64,000 bases of DNA from Syntrophaceae bacterium (lineage in GTDB: Bacteria > Desulfobacterota > Syntrophia > Syntrophales > Smithellaceae). This document shows, piece by piece, positions 55,881 to 64,000 of the stretch. The first letter of the stretch is position 1. Each line of letters starts with the position of its first letter. The position numbers and the translations under genes were made by a program. Below the pieces are notes generated by a model, which saw only the letters and a list, made by a program, of their open reading frames with translations, was not told the DNA's origin and made no database searches. Where the stretch lies: positions 88,288-152,287 of the forward strand of contig JAHDKI010000017.1 in assembly GCA_018436925.1 (NCBI GenBank), given 5' to 3'.

Positions 55881-56201
55881 ATGTCCAGGGTTCAACTCAT
55901 TCGGCCGCAGAATTTTCAACAACACGTGATGGCCGAAAAAAAAATAGTGTTGTTTCTTTGCATGCCCCGGGATGACGCCTTTTATCACCAGATGAAGATC
56001 GTAGAGGAAATCGCCCGCCTGTATTCCAGAGAATTAAAAGTCGTCCTTCCTGAAGAAAGTTTCATTGATGTTTTCAAAGAAGATTATTCCATCGTGGGAA
56101 CGCCGACATTTTTAGTCCTGAAGAACGGCCGCGAGGTCGCCAGAAGTCTCGGCGTTGCCGATCTGGATGCTTTGAAGAAGTTGGTCGATCCCTTCCTCTA
56201 G
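55881..56201 (+). CDS. thioredoxin-fold protein lacking the CxxC motif
   Basis: KKIVLFLCMPRDDAFYHQ...YSIVGTPTFLVLKNGREV shows the Trx topology with a single Cys. ATG 55881 was chosen because the track start (55731) lies upstream of the promoter/UAS. Confidence 0.5.
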   Translation: MSRVQLIRPQNFQQHVMAEKKIVLFLCMPRDDAFYHQMKIVEEIARLYSRELKVVLPEESFIDVFKEDYSIVGTPTFLVLKNGREVARSLGVADLDALKKLVDPFL

Positions 56202-56320
56202 CCGCTGCGGCAGTCCGCAAAATGCATAAAGAACATTGCCTCAACCGGACAGACGCCCGGTGTCGGGCCGGGGCCCGCTGAATGGGGCGTTTAAGGAAAT
56301 TCTAAAAAGGAGAAATATTA

Positions 56321-58126
56321 ATGGCAGAGAGGTTTATCAGTGATCGGAATCTGAAGTTTCTATTATACGACGTGTTCGATGTCGAATCGCTTTTGCGTTA
56401 TCCGCGCTACAGCGACCACAGCAGGGAGGTCTTTGACATGGTGATCGACACCGCGATGAAAATGGGCAAAGACCTGTTCAAGCCGGTTGTTTCGGAGATG
56501 GATCGCAACGGTCCTGCGTATGTCGGAGGCGAAGTGAAAGTCCATCCTGCCGTGCGGACGATTATGCGGGAAGCCGGACTCGGCGGCTGGATCGGCGCCA
56601 CCTTTTCGTATGAAGACGGCGGACAGCAGTTGCCGGAGATGGTCGGGATGACGGTCCCCACGGCGATTTTTTCAGCCGCGAATTATTCAGCGGCGGTGTA
56701 TCACGGGCTGACCGCGGGAGCGGCCGGGCTCATCGCCACGTTCGGCGATCAGGCGATGAAAGACGTCTATCTGCCGAAAATGCTGTCCGGCGAATGGCAG
56801 GGCACCATGGCGCTGACTGAACCGCAGGCGGGTTCATCGCTTAGCGATATCGCCGCCATGGCGACGGCTGCGCCTCAGGGATATTACAACATTAAAGGGC
56901 AGAAGATTTTTATTTCCGCCGGCGATCATGACGGCGTCGACAATGTCGTTCACCTGGCTCTGGCCCGCGTGAAAGACGCCCCTGCCGGCGTCAAAGGCAT
57001 TTCCCTTTTCATCATTCCGAAAAAGCGCATCTGCGAAGATGGATCTCTGGAGCCAAACGATGTCAACTGCGCCGGCGTTTACCACAAACTCGGGTATCGA
57101 GGAGCGCCCATTACCCAGCTTGCCTTTGGAGAAAACGAGGATTGCCGCGGGTGGCTGGTCGGCGAGGCCAACCAGGGCCTGGCCTATATGTTCCAGATGA
57201 TGAACGGCGCCCGGATTGATGTCGGATTGGGCGCATCGTGCATCGCTTCCGCCGCGTACTATGCCTCTTACGAGTATGCGCTGGAGCGTCCCCAAGGACG
57301 AAGGCTTTCGTCCAAAAATCCCCTTGATCCGCAGGTCGCCATCATCGATCACCCGGACATCAAGCGCATGCTGCTTTTTCAGAAGGCCGTCGTGGAAGGG
57401 TCTCTGTCGCTGCTGATGCAGTGCAGTCGCTACGCCGATATGGAAAAAGTCACGCAAGGCGCAACGCGCGAAGACTACAATCTGCTTTTAGAGCTATTAA
57501 CGCCCGTGGCCAAAAGCTATCCTGCGGAGATGGGCATTTTGTCGTGCAGTCAGGGGCTGCAGATTCTTGGAGGTTACGGCTATTGCGACGAATTTCCGCT
57601 TGAGCAGTACTACCGGGATGTTCGTATTCATCCCATCCACGAAGGAACCACCGGAATTCAGGCGCTTGATCTTCTGGGACGCAAAATGACGATGAAGAAA
57701 GGCAGAGCGGGCCGGCTATATCTAGAGGAGGTTCGCAGGGTCATCCGGGAGGCCGGTGAAGACGCCCAACTAAGGCCCCTTGCCCAGGCTTTGGATAAAG
57801 CGCTCGGCCTCCTGGAAAAAGTCACGGCGCATTTAACCGCTTTGGGGGACGGAGGAAAGACGGAGCTCTTTTTGGCCGACGCAACTCTTTATCTGGAGTT
57901 TTTCGGAATTATCGCCGTTGCCTGGCAATGGCTGATGCAGGCTGCGGCGGCCCGCAAAGCGCTTGCGGGCGCAGTGTCGGAGACGGACGGTCCTTTCTAT
58001 GCGGGCAAGATTTTCACCTGCCGGTATTTCTTCGGCTATGAACTCCCCAAAATCGAGGGGCTGGCTCAGCGTCTGCTTGATTCCGACGGTCTGACGATCG
58101 CCATGCAGGCCGAGTATTTTGGATGA
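56321..58126 (+). CDS. large (~600 aa) acyl-CoA dehydrogenase with extra C-terminal domain
   Basis: AAAAGGAGA RBS. GTMALTEPQAGSSLSDI, FISAGDHD, YRDVRIHPIHEGTTGIQ. Confidence 0.9.
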   Translation: MAERFISDRNLKFLLYDVFDVESLLRYPRYSDHSREVFDMVIDTAMKMGKDLFKPVVSEMDRNGPAYVGGEVKVHPAVRTIMREAGLGGWIGATFSYEDGGQQLPEMVGMTVPTAIFSAANYSAAVYHGLTAGAAGLIATFGDQAMKDVYLPKMLSGEWQGTMALTEPQAGSSLSDIAAMATAAPQGYYNIKGQKIFISAGDHDGVDNVVHLALARVKDAPAGVKGISLFIIPKKRICEDGSLEPNDVNCAGVYHKLGYRGAPITQLAFGENEDCRGWLVGEANQGLAYMFQMMNGARIDVGLGASCIASAAYYASYEYALERPQGRRLSSKNPLDPQVAIIDHPDIKRMLLFQKAVVEGSLSLLMQCSRYADMEKVTQGATREDYNLLLELLTPVAKSYPAEMGILSCSQGLQILGGYGYCDEFPLEQYYRDVRIHPIHEGTTGIQALDLLGRKMTMKKGRAGRLYLEEVRRVIREAGEDAQLRPLAQALDKALGLLEKVTAHLTALGDGGKTELFLADATLYLEFFGIIAVAWQWLMQAAAARKALAGAVSETDGPFYAGKIFTCRYFFGYELPKIEGLAQRLLDSDGLTIAMQAEYFG

Positions 58127-58204
58127 CCCCTTTTAAAAACACCTGCGGGCCAAGGCGCGCGCGTCGCGGCCCCGGGCTTTATGAAACTTTGAACAGGAGG
58201 CTCC

Positions 58205-59416
58205 ATGAAGAACACAGAAGTTGTTTTTGTCGACGGCGTCCGCTCGGCGTTTGGAACGCTCGGGCGATCGCTCAGAAGCTTTACCATGGAACAGTTGGGC
58301 GGATTCGTCCTTGCCGGTCTGCTGAAAAAGACGCAGATCCTGGCGCGGGGTGCAAAGGTGGATTCCGTGTTTGCCGGATCGGCAATGGGCGGAACGTCCG
58401 CCGTCAATCCCGCGCGCTGGGTCTCGCTGGCCGGAGGACTGCCCCAGGACACGGCTGCGTCTTACGTGGAAATGCAGTGCGGCTCGGCGATTGATTCCAT
58501 CAATCATGCGGCCTGGCGTATTCTGGCCGGCCACGCCGATGTCATGATCGCCGGCGGCATGGAATCCTACAGTCAGACCTGCGCGAAATTCTCGATGTCC
58601 GTAGAGCCTTATCGCATGATTCCGCCTTCGCCCATTCCGACATCGCTGGCTCCGTCAATGGATCCCGCCACGATGAATATGGGGCTCACGGCGGAAGCCC
58701 TGCAGCAGAAATATGGCATTTCCCGCCAGTCTCAGGACGCTTTCGCCCTTCGAAGCCAGATTCTTGCCCGGTATGCAATGGAATCGGGTTACTTTGCGGA
58801 AGAAATCATTCCCATCAGCGTGCCCCAGGGAAAGAAAAATCCGCCTTTGGAATTCAAGGAAGACGAACATCCCAGAGCGACCTCTCTGGAAGCCCTGGCC
58901 GCCCTGCCTCCGGCCTTCATCAAATGCGGCACCGTGACGGCGGGCAACTCTTCCGGACGCAATGACGGCGCGGCTTTCGTGTTGATGATGTCGCGGCAAA
59001 AGGCGGATCAACTCGGGTATCAACCGCTGGCCCGCTGGGTGGCCGGCGGTGATTTCGGGGTCGATCCCAAAATCATGGGGATTGCTCCGGCCTACGCTGT
59101 TCCTCAGGCCCTCAAGCGCGCCGGGGTGAGGCTTTCGGAGATGGATGTCGTGGAATGCAACGAGGCGTTTGCCGTTCAGAATCTGGCGGTCATCAAAGAG
59201 CTGGAAAATCAGACCGGCGAAAAAGTGGATATGAACCGATGGAATCCCAACGGAGGCGCCATTGCGTTCGGGCATCCCAACGGCGCCTCCGGGGCCAGGA
59301 TATGCCTCTTCACAATGAAAGAGCTCATCCGGCGCGGGGGCCGCTGGGGCTGTTTCAGTTCCTGCTGCGGGGGCGGTCTGGGTGTCGCGACCGTAATTGA
59401 AAATCTGCAATGCTGA
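58205..59416 (+). CDS. acetyl-CoA C-acyltransferase (thiolase)
   Basis: VEMQCGSAIDSI (active-site Cys), NPNGGAIAFGHPNGASGAR, CCGGGLGVAT. Confidence 0.95.
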   Translation: MKNTEVVFVDGVRSAFGTLGRSLRSFTMEQLGGFVLAGLLKKTQILARGAKVDSVFAGSAMGGTSAVNPARWVSLAGGLPQDTAASYVEMQCGSAIDSINHAAWRILAGHADVMIAGGMESYSQTCAKFSMSVEPYRMIPPSPIPTSLAPSMDPATMNMGLTAEALQQKYGISRQSQDAFALRSQILARYAMESGYFAEEIIPISVPQGKKNPPLEFKEDEHPRATSLEALAALPPAFIKCGTVTAGNSSGRNDGAAFVLMMSRQKADQLGYQPLARWVAGGDFGVDPKIMGIAPAYAVPQALKRAGVRLSEMDVVECNEAFAVQNLAVIKELENQTGEKVDMNRWNPNGGAIAFGHPNGASGARICLFTMKELIRRGGRWGCFSSCCGGGLGVATVIENLQC

Positions 59417-59593
59417 GTTATCGGATATCCGATGTCGGCCGTTTGATCACAGGCGGGCTCGGATCGTTGCAAGACGTCTCCTTGCGGAGCATGAAACGTC
59501 CATTCGTCGCGGAAGAAGACTTCCGGACGCAGGCCGGTCGGGCTGCCGCGCGGACCCTGTGAGGTATTTGCTGTGGAAGACAAATCGAAGGTC

Positions 59594-60616
59594 ATGACGG
59601 CTCAAGAGGCGATACGCCGGTTTGTGCATGACGGAGATCAGCTGGTTTTAGGCAATTATACGGTGGGAACCTGCGCGGAGCTCGTCAATGAAATCGTCCG
59701 GCAGGGCCGACAAGGCTTCACCCTTTATTCCCAGTCCGGAATCTTTGACGTCGATATTCTGGTTGCCGGCGGATGTGTCGATAGGCTGGTGACGACATAT
59801 GTGCTGCGCGCCGGCGGCAAGAACGGGGGATCGGCGGTCGAACGGGCGATTCAAGCGGGAACCCTGCAAATCGAAGATTACACCAATTATCAATATAACG
59901 CGCGTCTGGTCGCGGGCATGCACGGCTTTACCCTCCTGCCGGTGTTTGAGAGCACGCTGGCCACAGACCTGTTTCGGCAAAGGGGCTTTATGGGTGACAA
60001 GAAGTACGCTGTCATCGAATGCCCCTTTACGGGTAGGAACATCGTCTTGGTGCCTGCTGTCAATCCGGATGTCTGTGTGGTTCACGTCCAGCGCGCGGAC
60101 CGATTCGGCAATGCGCAGTACTGGGGGGCGCAGGGCTCTGTGGCCGCGGCCGCCCTCGCAAGCAAAAGGATTATCGTCTCTTGCGAGGAAATCGTTGATG
60201 AGGCCATCATTCGATCGAGTCCCCATCTGACGATCCTGCCGGCCTTCCGCGTCGATGCGGTCGTTGAAATTCCGTGGGGCGCAAGCCCCTCCGAAGTGCT
60301 GGGATATTACAACATGGACATGCTGATGTACGGTTTGTTTATGGCCGCCGACAGCACGGCGGACGGGCTGAAGGCCTGGATGGCGGAGTGGGTGTACGGT
60401 TGTCCGGATCGCAAGGCGTATATCGATCGCTATATTTCTAAATTCGGCAGCCGGAGTCTTGACGCCATTAAAGCCAAACCTTTTTATTCCGCCCCGGCGA
60501 ATTACGGTTCAGCGTTTACCTCCCGCTGGGATCAAGACGGGCGCGAAAGAAACCTCGGCGTGACGATGGAGGAGTTGGAATCCATTCTGCACGAGAGAGG
60601 GAAATTCTATGAGTAA
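59594..60616 (+). CDS. family-I CoA-transferase subunit A (glutaconate-CoA-transferase-like)
   Basis: MTAQEAIRRFVHDGDQLVLGNYTVGTC and VCVVHVQRADRFGNAQY. GTG 59573 is an alternative start. Confidence 0.85.
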   Translation: MTAQEAIRRFVHDGDQLVLGNYTVGTCAELVNEIVRQGRQGFTLYSQSGIFDVDILVAGGCVDRLVTTYVLRAGGKNGGSAVERAIQAGTLQIEDYTNYQYNARLVAGMHGFTLLPVFESTLATDLFRQRGFMGDKKYAVIECPFTGRNIVLVPAVNPDVCVVHVQRADRFGNAQYWGAQGSVAAAALASKRIIVSCEEIVDEAIIRSSPHLTILPAFRVDAVVEIPWGASPSEVLGYYNMDMLMYGLFMAADSTADGLKAWMAEWVYGCPDRKAYIDRYISKFGSRSLDAIKAKPFYSAPANYGSAFTSRWDQDGRERNLGVTMEELESILHERGKFYE

Positions 60617-61430
60617 ACCCTATACGCTTGAAGAACTGCTGTCCATCGTTGTGGCCAGAGAAATTCGCGATCATGAAAACGTGATTCTCGGCGTCGGTAT
60701 TCCGATGACGGCCGGCGCGCTGGCCAAAGCGCTTTACGCGCCGCATGCCACGCTGATGATGGAATCTGGACTGATCGACATCAAACCTCTGCTGCCGCCG
60801 AATCATATCGCCGACGCGCACGCGTGCCGGGGATTTTCATACGCCACCGATCTGTTTTCCACCTTCACCATGACTTACCGGGGATTTGTGGATGTGTGTT
60901 TTCTCGGTGTCGCGCAGGTCGATCGATTCGGCAACCTCAATACCACCGTCATCGGCGACTACAACAAACCGACGATTCGCCTGCCTGGATCGGGCGGCGC
61001 GCCCGATTTTATTTCTTATGCCAAACGCACGGTTTTAACGATGCTTGGCGGCCAGTTTGTGGAAAAACTCGATTATTTAACCTCGCCGGGGCACCTCGAA
61101 GGCAGCGGCAGCCGTGATCGCTCGGGGCTGTTTCCGAAAGGGTCCGGGCCCACCCTGCTGGTCAGCACCCAGGGGGTTTTCGGATTTGATCCGGAGACAC
61201 AGGAAATTTACCTTGCCAAGCTCCATCCGGGTGTCTCGGTTGCCGATGTTCAGCGGGAAGTGCCCTGGACGCTTCGCGTGGCCGGGGATTTGAGCGAAAC
61301 ACCCCGTCCGACGGATGATGAAATTGATTTCATCAGACGCTTCAATCCGGCGAATTCCGTCGGCCGGGCTCTGGCGCTGGAGCTGTCGCTGGCCAATCTG
61401 GCGGCAAAAGGAGGGCTATCATCCTTATAG
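60609..61430 (+). CDS. family-I CoA-transferase subunit B
   Basis: VILGVGIPM and the catalytic-Glu context LMMESGLI, plus LPGSGGAPDF. Overlaps subunit A by 8 nt. Confidence 0.85.
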   Translation: MSKPYTLEELLSIVVAREIRDHENVILGVGIPMTAGALAKALYAPHATLMMESGLIDIKPLLPPNHIADAHACRGFSYATDLFSTFTMTYRGFVDVCFLGVAQVDRFGNLNTTVIGDYNKPTIRLPGSGGAPDFISYAKRTVLTMLGGQFVEKLDYLTSPGHLEGSGSRDRSGLFPKGSGPTLLVSTQGVFGFDPETQEIYLAKLHPGVSVADVQREVPWTLRVAGDLSETPRPTDDEIDFIRRFNPANSVGRALALELSLANLAAKGGLSSL

Positions 61431-61441
61431 GAGGGAGAGTT

Positions 61442-62686
61442 ATGAGGGAAAAGACCCGTGTTATTCTTCTGGCAGTGTTGATGATCGCATCGGTCGGCGC
61501 GAGTCGGATCTTTGCCGAAGAGATTGTAATCGGTTTCAGCGGACCGCTGAGCGGACCGGCGGCGGAGTATGGACAGGATTGTCTCAACGGCATTGAAATG
61601 GCAGTCGGTGAAATCAATGCGGGCGGCGGCGTTCTCGTCAAAGGGCAGCGCCTTAAAATCCGGGTGGAAAAAAGGGATGACCGGGTGGACCCGGCCGCAT
61701 CGCTTGAAAACGCGCGAGAGCTTCGCAACAGCCACAAAGCGCTCGCTATTTTCAATCCGGTGACCAACACCCTTGCCTCGATGATGGGCATCAATGAAAA
61801 ACCGGGCAGGGAATTTCTCATCATGGCCTATTCCAGCGTGCCCGGCGTGTCCGAGACCGGCAACAAGCTGCTTGTTGCCATCACCACGCCTTTTACGACT
61901 TATGTTCGAAATGAAGCGGATCTTGCCTGGAGCAAAGGGTGGCGCCGCGGCGCTATGGTCGTGACCTCAGGCGCCTATGGGGAAGGCTGGCGGAAAGCTT
62001 TCTCGCAGATATGGACACAGAAAGGCGGATTGATTACCATCGACAAGCCCACCAATTACTATGTGAAAACGGAATTCGTCGGTCCCCTGCAGGCGGCCTT
62101 GGAAACCGATCCGGATTTTTTGTTGATCGGCGGACCGTCGGCGACCACGGCGATGATTGTCGAGCAGGCCAGAGCAAGGGGTTTCGAAGGCGGCTTTGTG
62201 CTCACCGATCAGGTGAACCTCGACGCCCTGTATCAATTAATGGAAAAGCCCCTTTGTCTTGAAGGGGCCATCGGTGTGGCCATGTTGTCTCATATTTCGT
62301 ATCCGGCAAGCGGTTCGTTCACGCAAAGTTACAAGTCGAGCTATTTAAGAAATCCGACCTGGGAATGCGTTTTGAATTATGTGGGAATGCATGCGCTGGC
62401 CAAAGCCATTTTTCTGGCCGGGACGTCGGATGATGTCCGGAGCATCCGCTTAGCCTTTTCGAAAGTGATGCCCCTGTTGGGCGATATCTATCCCGTTGAA
62501 GTCTATGGCCTGACCCCGGGCGGCAGGTTTATTATCAGTTCATCCATTCAGACGTTTCGATATGGACGGTTTACAAAACCGACAAACGATGTGTGGTGGG
62601 CAAACACTATTGAGGAATACAATCAGGTCAAGAAGATCACCAAAAGCGATATTCCTCCGGTCTGGAAAAAATATGCCGATCAGTAA
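61442..62686 (+). CDS. second ABC-type substrate-binding protein, paralog of 54290..55531
   Basis: EIVIGFSGPLSGPAAEYGQDCLNGIEMAVGEINAGGGV, colinear with the first SBP along its length. Confidence 0.9.
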   Translation: MREKTRVILLAVLMIASVGASRIFAEEIVIGFSGPLSGPAAEYGQDCLNGIEMAVGEINAGGGVLVKGQRLKIRVEKRDDRVDPAASLENARELRNSHKALAIFNPVTNTLASMMGINEKPGREFLIMAYSSVPGVSETGNKLLVAITTPFTTYVRNEADLAWSKGWRRGAMVVTSGAYGEGWRKAFSQIWTQKGGLITIDKPTNYYVKTEFVGPLQAALETDPDFLLIGGPSATTAMIVEQARARGFEGGFVLTDQVNLDALYQLMEKPLCLEGAIGVAMLSHISYPASGSFTQSYKSSYLRNPTWECVLNYVGMHALAKAIFLAGTSDDVRSIRLAFSKVMPLLGDIYPVEVYGLTPGGRFIISSSIQTFRYGRFTKPTNDVWWANTIEEYNQVKKITKSDIPPVWKKYADQ

Positions 62687-62760
62687 TGATTCGCCGGCGA
62701 ATGTCCGGGCGAGCCTGCCGCAACGGCAGTCACTGTGCTGACCGTGAAAATCGAGCAGAG

Positions 62761-62794
62761 GACTCCGGCCGCTGCGGCGGCGGAGGCCGGAGTC
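62761..62794 (+). terminator. GC-rich hairpin, possible terminator of the catabolic operon (no clear T-run)
   Basis: 10-bp perfect stem GACTCCGGCC / GGCCGGAGTC with a 14-nt loop. Confidence 0.35.
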
Positions 62795-62992
62795 TCCATC
62801 CGGTTTGTCGGGTAAACTATCAATCTTAATCAGTAGAAATTTCTTTGCGCCAATCCTGTGGCAAATTCAGTCAACATTTGTTAGGTAAACACGAAGATAA
62901 GGCATTCCGGCAGGCGGGCAAAAGCTTTTCGTTGCTTGCCGGAGGGGGAAATCAATATTTTTTTATCTAAATCGTCTATGTCGGGTCGAGGA

Positions 62993-64000
62993 ATGAAAAA
63001 AAGAGTCCTGATCATTGCCGCGGCGATTTTGGTGATTTTGATCGTTGCCGCAGCCGTTGGCGCCTGGATCTATGCGTCCCATCGATTAACCCGCCTGGAG
63101 GCTTATCGTCACGAGATCACATCCTCTCTGGAAGAGGCGCTGGGACGCAAGGTGGAGTATCGCGAAGCGCAGGCCGCCTTAACCTTGCGAGCCGGCCTGT
63201 CTTTGCGGATTGATGACCTGGTGGTCTATGAAAAAGACGGTCCGGCGCAATGGGTCGCGGTGCGTTCGGCCTTTTTCCGGATGGCGCTGCTTCCGTTAAT
63301 TGGGGGGAAAATTGTCTTAAAGGAAGTGCTTTTGGATCATCCGCGGGTTCAGGTGATTCGAACGCAAGACGGCCTTCTCAATATCGACGATCTTCTGGTC
63401 CGGCAACCGAAGCCGAAATTTGCTCTGTCGGTGCGGGAGCTGTCCATCGAAGACGGTGAAATTCTTTTTACGGATTTCCTTTCCGCAACAGGAAAGAGAA
63501 CCGCCTCCGTGGGCAGGATTTCATTTCAAATTGATCCTTACCTGTGGAACGGCAGATTCCAGGTGCACCTGTCCGCCGTCCTGAAAGCGGGCGGAAGCGT
63601 CGCGCGCCTGACGGCGACGGGAAAAATCCGCCCTTCCGCGGCGGGACGGCCGATGTCGGAGACCGAAGCGGATTTTACGGCGAGGATCGCGGGCATGGAC
63701 CTTTCGGTTTGGTCTGCCTATATCCGCGAACTTTCGCCGCTTAAGCGCGTGGCGGGGCGTGCGGACATCGATGCCGCGTTTGCCGGGACGCTTAAACAGT
63801 TTGACACGAAAGGAAACGTGAGTGTCGATCAACCTGTCGTCGATTATCCCGATGTGTTTTCCGAAACCCTGTCTTTCGGACGCCTGTCCTTTCCGTTTAA
63901 CGTATCGCGCAAGGCGGACCGCCTGACCATGGAATTCAATGAGGTGAAAGCCGACCATTTTTCCGTGGCGGTTCGCTTGGACTGGCGGGAGCTCGGCGCA
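62993..64000 (+). CDS. AsmA-family outer-membrane biogenesis protein, N-terminal part (runs off window)
   Basis: Not in the track because it is open to the window end. My translation has no stops to 64000: MKKRVLIIAAAILVILIVAAAVGAWIYASHRLTRLEAYRHEITSSLEEALGRKVEYREAQAALTLRAGLSLRIDDLVVYE... Confidence 0.65.
   Translation, partial: MKKRVLIIAAAILVILIVAAAVGAWIYASHRLTRLEAYRHEITSSLEEALGRKVEYREAQAALTLRAGLSLRIDDLVVYEKDGPAQWVAVRSAFFRMALLPLIGGKIVLKEVLLDHPRVQVIRTQDGLLNIDDLLVRQPKPKFALSVRELSIEDGEILFTDFLSATGKRTASVGRISFQIDPYLWNGRFQVHLSAVLKAGGSVARLTATGKIRPSAAGRPMSETEADFTARIAGMDLSVWSAYIRELSPLKRVAGRADIDAAFAGTLKQFDTKGNVSVDQPVVDYPDVFSETLSFGRLSFPFNVSRKADRLTMEFNEVKADHFSVAVRLDWRELGA

Overview
GC-rich bacterial chromosomal window. 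I saw no rRNA, transposase, integrase or CRISPR. Gene content points to an anaerobic Desulfobacterota-like (deltaproteobacterial) genome, but this is inference only: many PAS kinases, two sigma-54 activators with several -24/-12 promoter candidates, a PEP-CTERM protein, benzoyl-CoA-reductase-like genes, ferredoxin/NifU genes, and frequent 1-11 nt gene overlaps. Core blocks are tmk-holB-yaaT-metG, xseA-xseB-ispA-dxs, tlyA-ispH, asd, ribF, tRNA-Leu(CAG), tRNA-Ala(CGC) and nfeD-flotillin. The blocks worth a second look are listed here. (1) A Bzd/Bcr-type ATP-dependent aryl-CoA-reductase-like four-gene set is co-transcribed with an MFS permease and an M20 amidohydrolase. It sits divergent from a translationally coupled TrpF-like / YgbA-like / flavoprotein trio. 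(2) A sigma-54-controlled CoA-dependent catabolic module (about 49.9-62.7 kb) carries duplicated TGTGGC/GCCACA palindrome arrays upstream of two look-alike -24/-12 promoters. It also has two orphan solute-binding proteins. (3) IspH is fused to a degenerate UbiA-like membrane domain. (4) A propeller-like unknown protein is tightly coupled to a RidA-fold chorismatase-like protein next to tRNA-Ala. (5) A hybrid histidine-kinase-like protein has both phospho-acceptor residues substituted. (6) A PEP-CTERM/NeuD insertion interrupts the conserved dxs-tlyA synteny. Many long ORFs in the track are antisense shadows of real genes and were rejected. All family calls come from reading motifs by eye; no database search was run.
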